Below, in pieces: positions 1 through 13,400 of a DNA stretch of 64,000 nt (positions are counted from its first letter, which is position 1; each line of letters begins with the position of its first letter). The notes under the pieces were generated by a model, which saw nothing but the letters and a program-made list of their open reading frames with translations, had not been told where the DNA came from and did no database searches. The translations under genes were made by a program, and so were the position numbers. Source of the DNA: Balanoglossus misakiensis (Eukaryota > Animalia > Hemichordata). The stretch lies in the NCBI GenBank assembly GCA_040954595.2, contig CM082588.2:1169935-1233934 (forward strand). The letters run 5' to 3'.

Positions 1-3000
1 TCTCAAGCTGATACTACATATGGTGACACTGTTTACTGAAATGAACATCATTTGTCCATTTCTGCGGTGTTTTCAGTAACTGTTCTGTCAATCAATTTGA
101 AATTGACTTATTATGATATACTGGTGCATTATTACAACAAAAACAAAATGTGTTTTTTAACAAAAAGCATCTGATATCCTCAGTGTACCTGGATGAATGT
201 AACATGGAAAAGCTGATTAGATAAGCATGGAAAAGTGATCATGCACAAATGACAATTCTGATCGATAAAACTGTTTTCCCAAACAATACAACTGCACATT
301 TAAAGCCTATAATGTATCACGCAACATATTAAAATCTACACGATGAGAAGAATATTGGTTTTTCAATGGAACGCGTTCAATAGACTTGGCTTTCAAGTGG
401 TGTTGAGATTAATAATTGCATGTAAATGATATGGAAATTGCTCATAATTGGGATATGGAAATCTCGACAGTGCCAGGCACCGACTTTAAGTACTTATTAA
501 ATCCAAACTGAAACAATTTTCGCGTTGCCATAGTGAGCAATCAGAAGATCAGTTTCGTATTTGAAGTGTCAGATGCAAAACTCGCACTTCTAGAGCAGCG
601 CGTACTACTCTGCAAAATGTCATTGCAAGCGTTGCCATGGCAAAGCACTTGAATGCACATTTTAAAGTCTCACTTGACCCAATGAGTGAACAAAAATTTC
701 TACGTTGCTCCGAAAAATTACCTCGCAATTGGTTTGTGGTAGGGAGCACATAATGGCCGTCACAAAAGACATTGGATCTCTTCTATCATTGGTTTCACCT
801 AGCTTCATGTTGTTTTAGAGGAGAGCGCCGTGGATACCGTGGATCCTTCATGAAGCGTTGTTGTTTATGTGTGACGTTCATTTGTTTTGAGTTGGATACT
901 TTGTTGCTGGTGCAACTTTCACCGAAGATTGCATCAGCTATCTCCGACACATCCCACATGTTTACAACAATAAACGACGATTAACATACGCCCAAGGTCA
1001 CGGCTAGGGGACGAATACTGGAGGCAAGTCGCAACCCGACAAACAAATGACCTCTGACCCACGTTCTTTCCGTAAGAGATGATGTAATATCACGTACCTG
1101 GAGATTAAAGTGTACACAGCCACTGCCCATCCCCTATACAGTACTGTTTATAACAATATAACTGACAGTTTTGGGATCACAGGATCAATCGCTATTAAAC
1201 GTTTAAGTACCAAGCATGATATTTTTTCCAGTCTGGAGTTTTTATATCAAATAATTAAAGTTAAATACCACTTTTGGTGTCATATTGTGTTGCATGCCTC
1301 TTTGTGTTGTTTTCTTGCACTGAACCTTGTAGAATTGTTGCTCATTTTGGCTAGACTATCCCCAGCTCTCACGATGCTACTCGCTGACAACTGTGCGATC
1401 AGCGTACCACATCTGTGAGTGCAAGTGTCACATTGAATCTATAGGAACACATCACCATTGTGTACCTGGGACAAGAAGGTGACTGGGTGGAGACATACAC
1501 ACAGTCCAGACTCATCCTTGGTGATCATTTTTTGTCATGACTGCGAGGCACGAAAAATGCCACAGCTTGGACCATCTATATTAATCAAAGTCAGAGAAGC
1601 CCAGCTGAGCCTTAATATAATTAATCAGTCAGCTGAGGTGATGTCATGCAGTTTAGATTTTACAAATTTACATATGTAGGTCATCCTGCACTGATAAAAT
1701 AGAGCAAGCTCTGGCTATCATTGATAATGTGTGTTTTTTGGTCATCTCTGACGCAGTTCTGGTTGCTTCTTTTTCAAGCATTGTCACTTACATCGATGTT
1801 GCTCTTCCTCCGAAACACAGTTAATTTTGGATCCAGTTAGAAAAAGCTCAATTGGGCAATTGATTTTCAAGGCACGTACTACCTTAATCAACCAGCAAAC
1901 CTCGCAACAGATTCCGTTCCATGAGAAATTATATTCTTTTATAACTGGGTACAGGGTACTGTTTGCATATCATGTGTACAACACATGAGATGACAAACAA
2001 GTACATACATGCATTTTCTACTGTGAAACTAATATGTTACCACTGTCTTTATTTACCAATCGGATGCCCTGGGCATGTCAGAAACCTACGCTACTGACAG
2101 ATATACTACTACCACCACTTCTGAAGCAATTTCTTTCATTTATATGGTTAGCAAGTGAAGTCGCCTATACAAGCGGGTCTTCCAATTACCCATTAGAAAG
2201 TACATGTACCTGGAAATGATTCACACAGTTGATTATGAAGACCAAATCACACTTGTTTTTCGGATGAAATCAAAACTGATTACTAGTATGTGACATCTCT
2301 AATTTCCCCCATTGTTCTCTTTGATGAAATAAAACTGGCAGTCAGCCCTGGAATTCAAAACAACTGCACTGCCAACAAAACCCTGAAAGGATCGAGTGAT
2401 GTAAGCCCTGGTTTTTGATTACTATTGTTGTAAGCAATGGTTTTGGTGGATTCTACATGTATGATCCCAGGAAATGACAAGACTATTCACATCGTAAAGA
2501 GTGCATTTTGTCTCCGACATCACAGGATATGCCAAAGCATGATCAAATAGTTGAAGTACCAGTATGTTGGGAGACTTCAGAACCATATTACCAGAAACTC
2601 AATGATTGTTTCAACACTGCAAATTTTAAAATTGTTGGACTGAGTCCATGTCAACAGGTTGTATACCTGGGCCATGAACTTTTTGAATTTCAGCTGACCC
2701 CATTATGACTCAGCACAAACACCTTGCGTACAAAACATCTTTACTTGTGCATAAACAAAAACAAACGAAACAGTTCTAACATCACTGCACTATGATACTT
2801 AAGCATAGGGTCAATATTGATCAAACGCGGGTCAAGTTCTGGGTATACATCTGATGACGTAGGAAAAGAGGAAGTAATGAATGCACAGAAACTCACAAAA
2901 AAGGGAAATCTGGTCAAAAAATCAGCACTGGTAACTCTCCTCCAGAATTTGTACATCAATGAACCAAACATGGCTAAACCATTGGACTTCCTTTTTACAT

Positions 3001-4300
3001 ATTGCACCCACCCACAGAAAGCTATTCCCCACGACATACACATCCACAAATGAAACACAATATTTATGACTATTATTAAATCCCAACAACCACACAATAT
3101 ACATCAATACTGCGATATGTACAATAGACCATCAATCACAAAATTCAATAGGCCATCAGAAGACACAGTAAAGTACGGGTCAAAATCATCTTGATATTTA
3201 TTTATTATTGTATATGCACTCATCATAGCTCATAAATGTCATAAATGTATCATTTATGGGTAAGAAACCACCGTACGACTTTTGTTTTGCATTCTTCTTA
3301 TTTTAGTCATCTTTAACCCTTACAGTAGAGGTCCAACTTTGCAATATGAGCCTGACCAGAGTGGCAAAAATTTTCCTGATAACCCCCCCCCCCCCAGTAA
3401 ACCTGACAAACATGGACAAATGTAGATTGGTCTAAGCTCTCAACCAGTGTGTCAGTTAACATGACAACCATACAAGGACAGCGAGCCCAGTATAGTGAAC
3501 AGCTAGCAAATCTCAGAGACCTATCAAAAACATGAAGAAATGTTACTTTCTATCAACAGTTCACTAATTTACAGGGCTTTTATAGTCGCTGGGTGATATG
3601 ATAGAACCAACTCGACATTCCATTCTTCAACTTAGAAAAATCACAGGTACTTAGTCACTATTGACTATCTTGTATCAGATTAAGTAAAGATATGGCCTAA
3701 TTTAGAATACCACCAAGTCATATTTGGCATTACAGTCCATCAGATAATAGATATGGGCAAACTATTCCAATTGTTTGGTCTATGCCAGCTCTTTGGATAC
3801 TTCAACAAACATGATACACCAATAACCTGTTTTGGGGAAATTCCACTTCCCGTCTCAATGTTATTTTAATCAGTAACTTCGAAAGTCAACACCATTTTAG
3901 ATATTAAAGTAATGATTAACAATTTAATTTTGCGTTTAACCACATCTGAAAAGTTTAAGGTCACCCGCAAAAATCAGGAGTTAAAGTTCTTGGGACAACA
4001 CAGTTTTGTTGTCGAGTCCTTGGCCTGAAAAAAGTGTAAAATCAGTGTGGTCATAAATTATCCTGTGTGTCACATTTTATCTCTACACAACCTGTTTCCT
4101 GGATATTTTCTGGAAATTTAAAGATAAAGCTGATGACAGTGATAGAAAAGTTTATATTTTGCTTGTTTATTTGATGCATATATTCTCAGACAAGGGGACT
4201 AGAATGTGTTGTACATGTACTTGTATTTTGCCTGGGTTTTCCACCTATAATCACAGTCCCTCAGTACAAGATGGAGGACTGGCATGCTCCCATTGGACGA

Positions 4301-4540
4301 TTTCAGGTTCAGTTATATGCTAATCAACAGTTGCCATATGACCTAGCCAGGCCAGCAACCAATGAATGCTCTCATCTGTGAATATTTTAGGTTCAGTTAT
4401 ATGCTAATTAACAATTACCACTTGCTAATTACTCACTTACAGTCTAGTTCTCTATACAATTGTACATCTGTTGGGCATCACCAATCACAAGTTCCCATTG
4501 GTGGATATTCAGGGTTCAGTTATATGCTAATTCACAGTAA
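4301..4540. repeat. Three dispersed copies of a ~25-bp motif (AGGTTCAGTTATATGCTAAT) in the sestrin intron
   Basis: Near-identical copies begin at about 4301, 4386 and 4508; two are preceded by TCCCATTGG. Confidence 0.7.
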
Positions 4541-6017
4541 CTTTGGCCAATTATTGGATTACTGTCAACATACACATCACCTGTTGATCATTATTCACAA
4601 TTCTATTTGCTTGGTATGTTTCTACACCCACTGGATTGACCTTATTTCCACTCTTAGTGGAAGAAAGTATGTCTTGAAGGGGGGGGGGGGCTTCTAGACT
4701 TCTGGAGTGATTGGAATGCCAAGTGTTAAGTATAATTCAGTCATTTATTGGGTCAGTCCAAGGTCTAATCCTTGGCCTTAGCTGACACTGCTTCTCCGCA
4801 GAAGAAATGGGGTCATTCTGGTGTTGAACCTGTTTGACAATGTTGCTTTTGCCTATGAAAATACCACCAGACCGATAATTATTTAGGAAAAACACTGTGC
4901 TATTTTTGGCGTTCCCGTTATGCAAATTTAGGTCAAATCAATAGCATGAGTAGCGTCTTAGTTGCATCATCAAGGTGAACGCGATTATTATAGCTGGAAC
5001 CTTTAAAATCAATACTCATTATTTGTTCAGTTTACTCGTCGCAAAATCAAGCAAACTTGAATTAAAGTTAGCTTCGGTGCGTGGATAGGCTGGGGAAACG
5101 TTGCATGAAATAGACAAATCGGAGAATACCCATTATGTGATTACGTCCGATGGAATGTCCATTTCTCTGGACCTCCTACTTGGATTCCTAAATTTTGGTT
5201 TCGCAAATCGTACTTCACAAATGAACCTTCATCTAAACATTCATATTAAACTGCTTAATAATCATAGTCTACATCTGCAAATTTGCAGGTTTACAGACGA
5301 TTTGCAATCATTTATATCGAATATATTGTAAATATCGAAATCGGCGCGCCGTTGACATCGACATGACCCGAGGTGACGCATAGGTCAACCATTTCTAATA
5401 TTATAATATTTTATCTCGAAATGTCGTAGTTCACGAACTCTAGAAGACGTAAAATTGGAGACCAATAGTTATTCAGTCTACCAGACATAGAATACCGACA
5501 ATCGGAGATCCTTTCGACAGGGGAAACCCCATTTTAACGGGGCGCGCTGACAACGTTACGTTCACTGAATGGCAGACAAAAGAAACATACAACACCGGCG
5601 CGCTCAGACGCGCTAGACGCGGTAAGTGACGCGTTCGACCGGGCGCTACTTTCCGCGTCTGGCGGTCACCGCGAAATACATTGAGCTCGATATATTCTTG
5701 AACTCACACCGTGCATATGAATACTATGGGTAGTTGAACAGGCAGATATCGGTTCTGTCTGTTCTGATGCATGTACATGAACTAAATACAGCATTAAATA
5801 CAGGAAGATGTGTGTGGAATTTGATCAACAAAAACTAGGTTATGAAGTCGCAGCTCAGGATGTCCATTATTACAATAGTGACAATGACAAGCCCGTGCTA
5901 GACATGTTAAGTACATGCACCATGTCCAAGCAGTACGATTAAATTATAGACAATATTAATGTCGATGAGACTTTCTCGATCTGGTGTGTTGTGAAACACA
6001 GTACCTAACCGGCTTAC

Positions 6018-6299
6018 CTTATAATCGTTCAGTAGAGATGAGCACTTTTCTCTGACATCTTCGAACGGGCACTGAAACGATAGCTTCAATAAATGTGCCA
6101 GATATTCAACAACGTTGTTCCCGACCTCACAGCCATTTTCCTCACTTGTCCCCGGGGGAGATGTGGGTTCTAGCAGTGTGTCAATGTGGGTGGAAATCTG
6201 ATCCAAGGCTTGACTTCGGGCTGTTGGTTCTCGACTTGCCAGGCTCATGAACCACCGAACTGTTTCCGTTCTGCGAGGCACTGAATTTTCTCCGGCCAT
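6018..6299 (-). CDS. SESN1: Sestrin, first coding exon (SESN1 long-isoform-like N-terminus); the rest of the gene lies left of the window
   Basis: ATG at 6299 and 94 codons to a phase-0 GTAAG donor at 6017. MAGEN..VRWFMSLASREPTARSQALDQI...YLAHLLKLSFQCPFEDVREKCSSLL parallels the recalled human SESN1 T1 N-terminus (MAEGENEVRWDGLCSRDSTTRETALENI...LLAHLLMLSKRCPFKDVREKSEFIL). No further sestrin exon was recognised in 1-5900, so that stretch is taken to be intron. Confidence 0.85.
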
Positions 6300-7534
6300 G
6301 TAACACTCCCTTCCGATCCTGTCGTCGAGGATGACCGGCCGGTGCTCTAGCTACAATCTTCTTAACAAAAATACGTTGTAGGCGCTTCTTTTTCTCCTTA
6401 TTCAGTCAAAAAAGCTGTAAACTTGGCCGTAAAACTATATTTTCAGTGACGCGATCGACTGAGGATCCTGTATATACACGAGTTGGCAAGCAAGCATACA
6501 GGGTACACGTATACTGATATATGTTCTGTCCACAAATGCTATTAAGTTTCCCTCCAAATTTACAGAAAATCAGGGTTGTACTTATGATACATATATCGAG
6601 GGGAACGCGAGCAAAACTGGTCGATAGGTAGCCTAAAAATTACTCAAATTTACAGGGAAATACAGCCGATACTATGCATGTGTAAAGACTCATACCTTAC
6701 CACAGCCGGGTCGACATCACCATACAAATTTGCATATTTAGTAGGTGCTGAGTAGGTTGTGTATAGGCTGAATAAATTATTCACTTTGCATAAGTAATTA
6801 GGAGACACACCTCCAGATTTAGCCAATCAAATGCGTTTATAAAAGGCAATAAAAAGTATAGTTTCAAATGCGTACTGATGCTATTTTTATCTTTTTGGCC
6901 AAATTTATTTTAAAAAGTTTAATAGGAAGTGAAATATACACGTTCTTTATAACATGAATCTATTTCACCGACCATCGTACATGTTTTAAACAGGTCCATT
7001 TTCACACCCTATCATCATGATCATAGTATGGCAAAGTTGATACTATCAAACTATTATTGGTTGGACAAATGCCAGGTGAAAGGGCCTCAAAGTTCATCTA
7101 CCCGAGTTAGTAGACGAAACACACCACACTTATAAACAGTTTGCGTAAACCAGACACAAGGATTGCAAAAAAGATATACGGAATCCACGCAACTTGAGCA
7201 ACGCCTCATTGCAGCCATGGTAATTGAAATGGAGTGCCAGTCTCTTGTATATAAAACACGATTAATTCCCGAGTCGACGAGAACTTACATGTACAAACGT
7301 GTACCTTGTGAATAAAACCCATCGCTCAAGAAAGCTAGCAAAAGTCATATATTGCATGTAAATTTTAACCTTGAGCGAACATCATTATTATCGGACCACT
7401 TTCCCCTTTTCCATTGCACAATCAAATGATTTGCATACAATGAGAAAGCCGTTATCCTGATAATTATATCGATCAATTTCCGCGACAAACAACGTCGTCA
7501 TCTTCAGCAAGCTAGAGATGTTAATCGCAAGAGA

Positions 7535-7627
7535 ACCACCACCACCACCACCACCACCACCACCACCATCATCATCATCGTATCATCCTCCTCCTCCTTA
7601 TCATCATCATCATCATCATCATCATCA
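7535..7627. repeat. Compound trinucleotide microsatellite (CAC)n(CAT)n(CCT)n(CAT)n
   Basis: Directly visible; intergenic between the sestrin 5' end and the myosin VI 3' end. Confidence 0.95.
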
Positions 7628-10463
7628 ATGATGATCCCGTCAACGAAGGTTCACGTCAACTTTGGTCCTTGAAACTCGAGCTGATACTTTTAATCCATGT
7701 GCATGGTCCAGGGTATGAGCAATCTATTTGTAGACAACAACTTGTATCCTATTGTAAACTTGTTAGGCTTTTTGTTAGGTAAAGTATTTTTACTTTTATG
7801 AGCAACGTAAAGCGCCAAATTTATACTCTCTGTAAAGGAGTTCACACGCACGGAAACGTAACACTTTTCCCAGGGGCCAGGGACCACAACGCCCTCTTCC
7901 ACAATCTATACGTATCACTTCGTTTGTTTCTAACCTGAAATCTTAATTGTATCCTGTCGCTTGGGGGCACTATGAAGAGAGCTATAAATATTTAGCCACA
8001 ATGTGAACAGAAAGACACAATAATGCCGCATTTTCTTTATTTCACATGACATTTTACTTACATAGGCTAGATTTTCGCACACAAAAATCAACACATCATA
8101 CACGCTACATCATGCACATACTTCGCAAAAAACTTGTGTACATGTAATTTCTTCCTAATTAGACACCTTCTGTGAGAACTAAAGCATTACAAAGTCAATG
8201 ATTCAATTTAACTGGTCTGATTGATTGATTTTCTCAAAAATTGGTTTGTGGACGTAAGCCAGTCAAATCTTCTGTCACTTACAAAACATCCAAGTCATAA
8301 TGCCCTGATTTATAATTTATATGCCTAAAAAGGGTCAAATACTATTTTGGTTGTTGTTTCCTTTAAGAGCACTTCCTTCATCGTGTGAAAATGCAATCAT
8401 GAACTAAACAAAGTGACTGTTGCCTAGATGGAAAGAAATTCATTTTCACAAGTTTATGTTACATAGATCTACAAGTACACTGGCACAATCTGTATGCTTT
8501 AGAAAAACAGAGAAATCACAGAAAAAGCTCTCTGACATCCGATAGTTTACCAAAATCACCAGACCACGGCAAAAATTGCCCCATCATCAGAATTCCATTT
8601 ATACACATTTATACAGTTTCCTTGTATCATTTCACAAATTTTCACTTCAGGAATTACAAAATATTTCAACATCTGATTGTTTGTCTGGCAAAACATACTA
8701 AACAGAGAGGCTTATGTGACAGATAATACAAAGCACAGCAGTATAACTAAAGTTGAAAGGTCACAGGGTCAACAAGAAAGGTAACAAAACTTGAATGTCT
8801 GCGGACATATTTATCTGTTAAGATGTGCAACTTTGAGGGGGGGGGGGTATTTCGATAAAAACTGTTTAGACACGCAATTCCAGTTGATTAAAAACAGTAT
8901 CAAAAATATCACTCGAGTTCCAGCTATTCTTTGTTCTCATGCTCCTAATTCTACTTCCAGGCCCCTTATTAGCATAAATATTGAGCAAATTACTTTCTGT
9001 GCAATAAATTATTACATCAATATCTTGAATCTTCACCACGATAAAAAGCTGTGTTGTAAAGTTTTGTATCTACCGATACCAACAGTTTCTTAGTATCCAT
9101 GTATGATTTTGCACTATACTATTTTTCAAAGTCAGACTATTCAACAAGAGTTAAAAAACAATCACTTACATCGTGATAAGCAGCCACTCTAGCTGTGGGT
9201 TCACACCTTTTTACTGGCAATCAAATTTCGGCCACACAAGATACAGGACCACCAGAAAATACCAGTAGAAGGAATGTGAACTGTAGTCATTTGAACAGCT
9301 AATTCAACCAATTGAACATCACAAGCCTCCATATTCATGCCTTCTCATTTGCATGTTATTCAACTGTCACACCTGGTGCTGTTCGTTATTTATCAAAAGA
9401 TTTCCTTGTGAAAATATTCCAAAGTATAATTTTATCAGGATCAGAAATATACAAATAGGTCCATCTCATTATTAATGTACTATTTCAATATTCATCATTC
9501 ATGGTTTATTTAGTATCCATCACTCATGCATTATTTAATATTCAATCATAATTCTTACCTTCAATGATTTTTTTTTCTGTTCAGTTTTTGCTTTCAACAC
9601 TTTCAAGCAAACACTATTAACGCTCTTGAGTATTCCCCAAATTCTTCAGTACCATATTCTATCCCACCAAATATTGCTTGATAAAATTTCAGTTATTTAC
9701 AGACTTTCCCCATAAAATGTTGGTAAAGCTTGGAGCAGAAAAATTACAATTTCTGTCAATACTCTTGGTTTCAAAATCGGAGCCAGAATTTTGTAGGAAA
9801 TATTTGTTTATGAGTGAGTGAAAAATTCAGTCAAATACAAGTTTAGAACATCATTCTGTGGTTGATAGTTTTGTTACAGTTTTTTAGTCAATATATTATC
9901 TTTACTTGACAATATAGCAAAATATTTAAAAAGCCATAAATCCCAAAATGTTCTTGACAGTGACTTGTACAATGAAAATTTACGCTGTAATACATCTAAT
10001 AAACGCTAAGTATTGTGCAAAGCTATGAATACCAGCTTTTAAAAAATTACCATGAATTGTGGGTCACTGTAAATCTATTACTAATACATTGCACACAAAC
10101 AAAAATACAAATTGAGACAAAAATGAAATTTCCCTCTTTCTGAACAACTTATAGATTGGTTGACATGGAATAACATCACAGCAGGACACCACACAGTTGG
10201 TACCAAAATGGCGAAGGTTTCATAGTGTATGTGCTCTTGTTTTTATCTTGAAGCATTTTCTTCATGATAAAAACAGTTGACAACACTTTGCACACCTCAG
10301 TATACATAACATAAATAAACGAGCAGGACAAATTTTGAAGGATAAAAACAAAAGAATTTGAGTACTTCGTGAAGTTTGATGAAATTACATCAACAAATAA
10401 TAGGATAATGACTAAACATTAATTTATGGCAGAAATCTGTAAACATTTGCTCGAAAGCTGTAA

Positions 10464-13400
10464 CTATGCTGTTAGCTTCTTTGTAGCGTATGTTGGTCTG
10501 GCTTGTTTGTTCTTGACGGCCAACAGTAAATAATTTCTCCCACCATGTTGATCCCACTCCTCTTCGAACTCTCGCTCCAAGATCTCGGCGCCGCGCTTAC
10601 GAGTCAGGCCGGTTTCATCCAGACTCAGCTCACACATTTGCATGTCGTCTTTTCCTGCAAAGAGATGCAAAATCATGTGACGATCATGTGTCATCATATG
10701 TGACTGAATCATGTGTTATGTAAGGGAAATCATGTGACATGTAGCTAAAATCTGAGATGTACTTCCTCTGTGTTTTGGAGTACTCTTTGCTTCAAATCAA
10801 AGTTCACAAAGACAGCAAGTTTGTCAACTAACCTGCAACGAGCATTATCGGAGGTTTTTCCGGATGGATCTCCATCTGTCTAGCGATCCAGGGTCCATCG
10901 AAATGAGCATACCACCACCCTTTCTTCTTGAACCTGGGATCCTTGTGTTGGTCGGAGGGTCGCACAAATGGCACACGGAAAAAGCGCTGTTCAGTGGTGG
11001 CTGGGGCGGTGGGTGCTGGCTTTGGAGCTGCCTGGGTTGGGGAGGCTGCTTGGGGTGCGGGGATCAGAGGGGCTTGTAACTGCTGCTGCTGTTGTTGATG
11101 CTCAGCTGAAAGAATCAAAAGAAATAGTTTCAATCATATCATCTCAAATGGGGAAGCTCATGTTGAAACTATAATGAACAGACAGAGACAGCCAAAATAC
11201 AAACAAGCATGATAATTACCTGTTTCTATGACAGATACAGGTGCTCTCTGTTCAGCTGTCTCATTTCTTACATTGTGCTTCTTATTTTTAACTTTCCAGG
11301 CATGGTACACTTTGAGACGACGGTGGAATTCTTCTCGACAGGCCTCCAACAAATCAATTTCTGTCAAGAGAGAGAAGAGGTAAGAAAAAACATTGTGACG
11401 GAAGAGAAAACTTGAGAGAAAAGCACCTCGATATGGTTGCTCAACTCACCACAAGATGTGTTAATAGAATCTCTGAGTTCTGCATATTTCCATTTTGTGA
11501 GATCGTATCTTTTCATCAGATTAGATTGCTTCTGGGCCACCACCTGTTCGGACCTGTACGCCGCCATAAAAGAAACAGATTAAAATTATATTAAAATATG
11601 TTTTTTAGATATCACAGACTGAAGCAACTGTGCTTCAGTCAAAATATATACTTGGACTAAATTTGGTCATAGTCTAGCACAAACAGTATGGTCTGAAATT
11701 TCAAATTATAACTTACTACAAAGCACACAAATGAAACAAAAACACTGAATGAAAACACTATTTCATGTGAAGCATTTATATTTGGTGATTTGATGCCTTG
11801 GATTTTCTGGGAGCTGTAGAATGGACAATATTCAATGCTGAAATGGAAGCTGGTGAGAACGGATATTTTTTCACAAATTTTGAAATGCGTGATTCTTATG
11901 ACATACATATTAGACCATCAGCAGTTGCTTAGGTGTTTTTTAGCGATCACACACAACAAGTCAAAAAACTTATGAATCTGCAAACAATCTGTACCTCAAT
12001 TTGCATAATTATTGCTGCATTATTGGCATGACATTGGTGAATTACGGAAAACATAGCTAACAGCAAATAAAATACCTATATTGAATTGTGATTTATATAT
12101 AGCTAACAACCAATTTAATCTAATTTGTATAATTGGTGAATTATGTACATATGACCACCATCCCATGGAATTCTATGTGATTAACATGACAATAGGTGGA
12201 TTATGTAGATGTGGCAAACAGCCAATGGGATGCCATTACTGGTGAATTTGTGATTAGTTTGGTTAGTTTGTTTCTACACCTTTGAGCCACCATTGGCTGC
12301 ATTGGTTGCATGGGTTGTATTGGAGACATTGGCGCCATCACAGGCGGAGGTGCGCTGTTTGAGGAGAAAATGTTAGAACTGTTAGTTTTGTGCTACCATG
12401 GTAACTGAACCTGGAACAAAATCTCGGCTAAGCATCCGGTGTGTTAAGGTCTCATCTTGCTCACCCCTGCTTTTTGGTTGCTTCCTTGTTTTCCTACCAG
12501 GGATTAGTCCATTACACACAGGAAAAGGGGGTTAAAGCTTTAGTTTTGTATTAGTCTTTTAAAGCCGAGGTCCCTTTCCTTCAAGCACTGTGCATGTTTT
12601 AGTCAAGTGACACTGTGATTTTAGCAAATTCAAGTAAATAAATTCAATGTAGATATATCTAAATAAAATATTTCTGAGATATAACAAGGAAAGACGCCTG
12701 AGTTCAACATATGTTGAGAGAAGTGAAAATTGTACGAAGAAAAATTTTGAAGATTTCTTCTGAGAAATATGCCACTCAGATCTCCTATTTTCGGACACTG
12801 ACCTGACAAGTGTTTCATGGGCTTCGGTCTGTACAACCTCTGCTTCGTTCTCTTGCGCCAAACGCAACGCCAATTCGTAGTCGCGACGCTCTTGTTCCAA
12901 TTGAGCTTGTCTGAAACATAAGGGAATTTTAAACATTAACAGAGTACTATGACAACTGCCAGTCATAATTACCAACAGAAACCCCATTTTAAGTACAGTA
13001 CTTATCACAAAACTATACATTGCAGTAGGATACACCATACATCTGTGTGAACACTCCCCCTTGATAAACATGTATTACCACATACACAGTCTGTATTCAT
13101 CCACTAGAAAGTAGTGCAGATGCTGTTGCATTATAAGGCCTTCTGCTTTGGAAAAAGAATCAGATGAATTTTCACCTTTTAGCTTCTGCTTCTTCTTGTC
13201 TTCTTTTCTCTTCTTGTAATTTGCGATCTGCGTCGATTCTCTTTCTCTCTTCTTCTTGTCGTTTCTTGTCTTCTTCTTCTCTTCGTTTGGCTTCCTCTTC
13301 CTCGCGCTTTCGCTTCGCCTCCATTTCCGCTTTGCTGTTGGAAAATAAATAAATAAAATCAGTTTTCAGTGTACACTACACAATGAGGCATATGTCCACG

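Noticed and set aside
5899-5922. p53 response element near sestrin exon 1
   Set aside because: Both half-sites mismatch RRRCWWGYYY, and ACATG words are very common throughout this window.
12465-12493. Second myosin VI tail micro-exon (TAG...GTGAG)
   Set aside because: 29 nt, which is not frame-preserving with the phase-2 neighbours.
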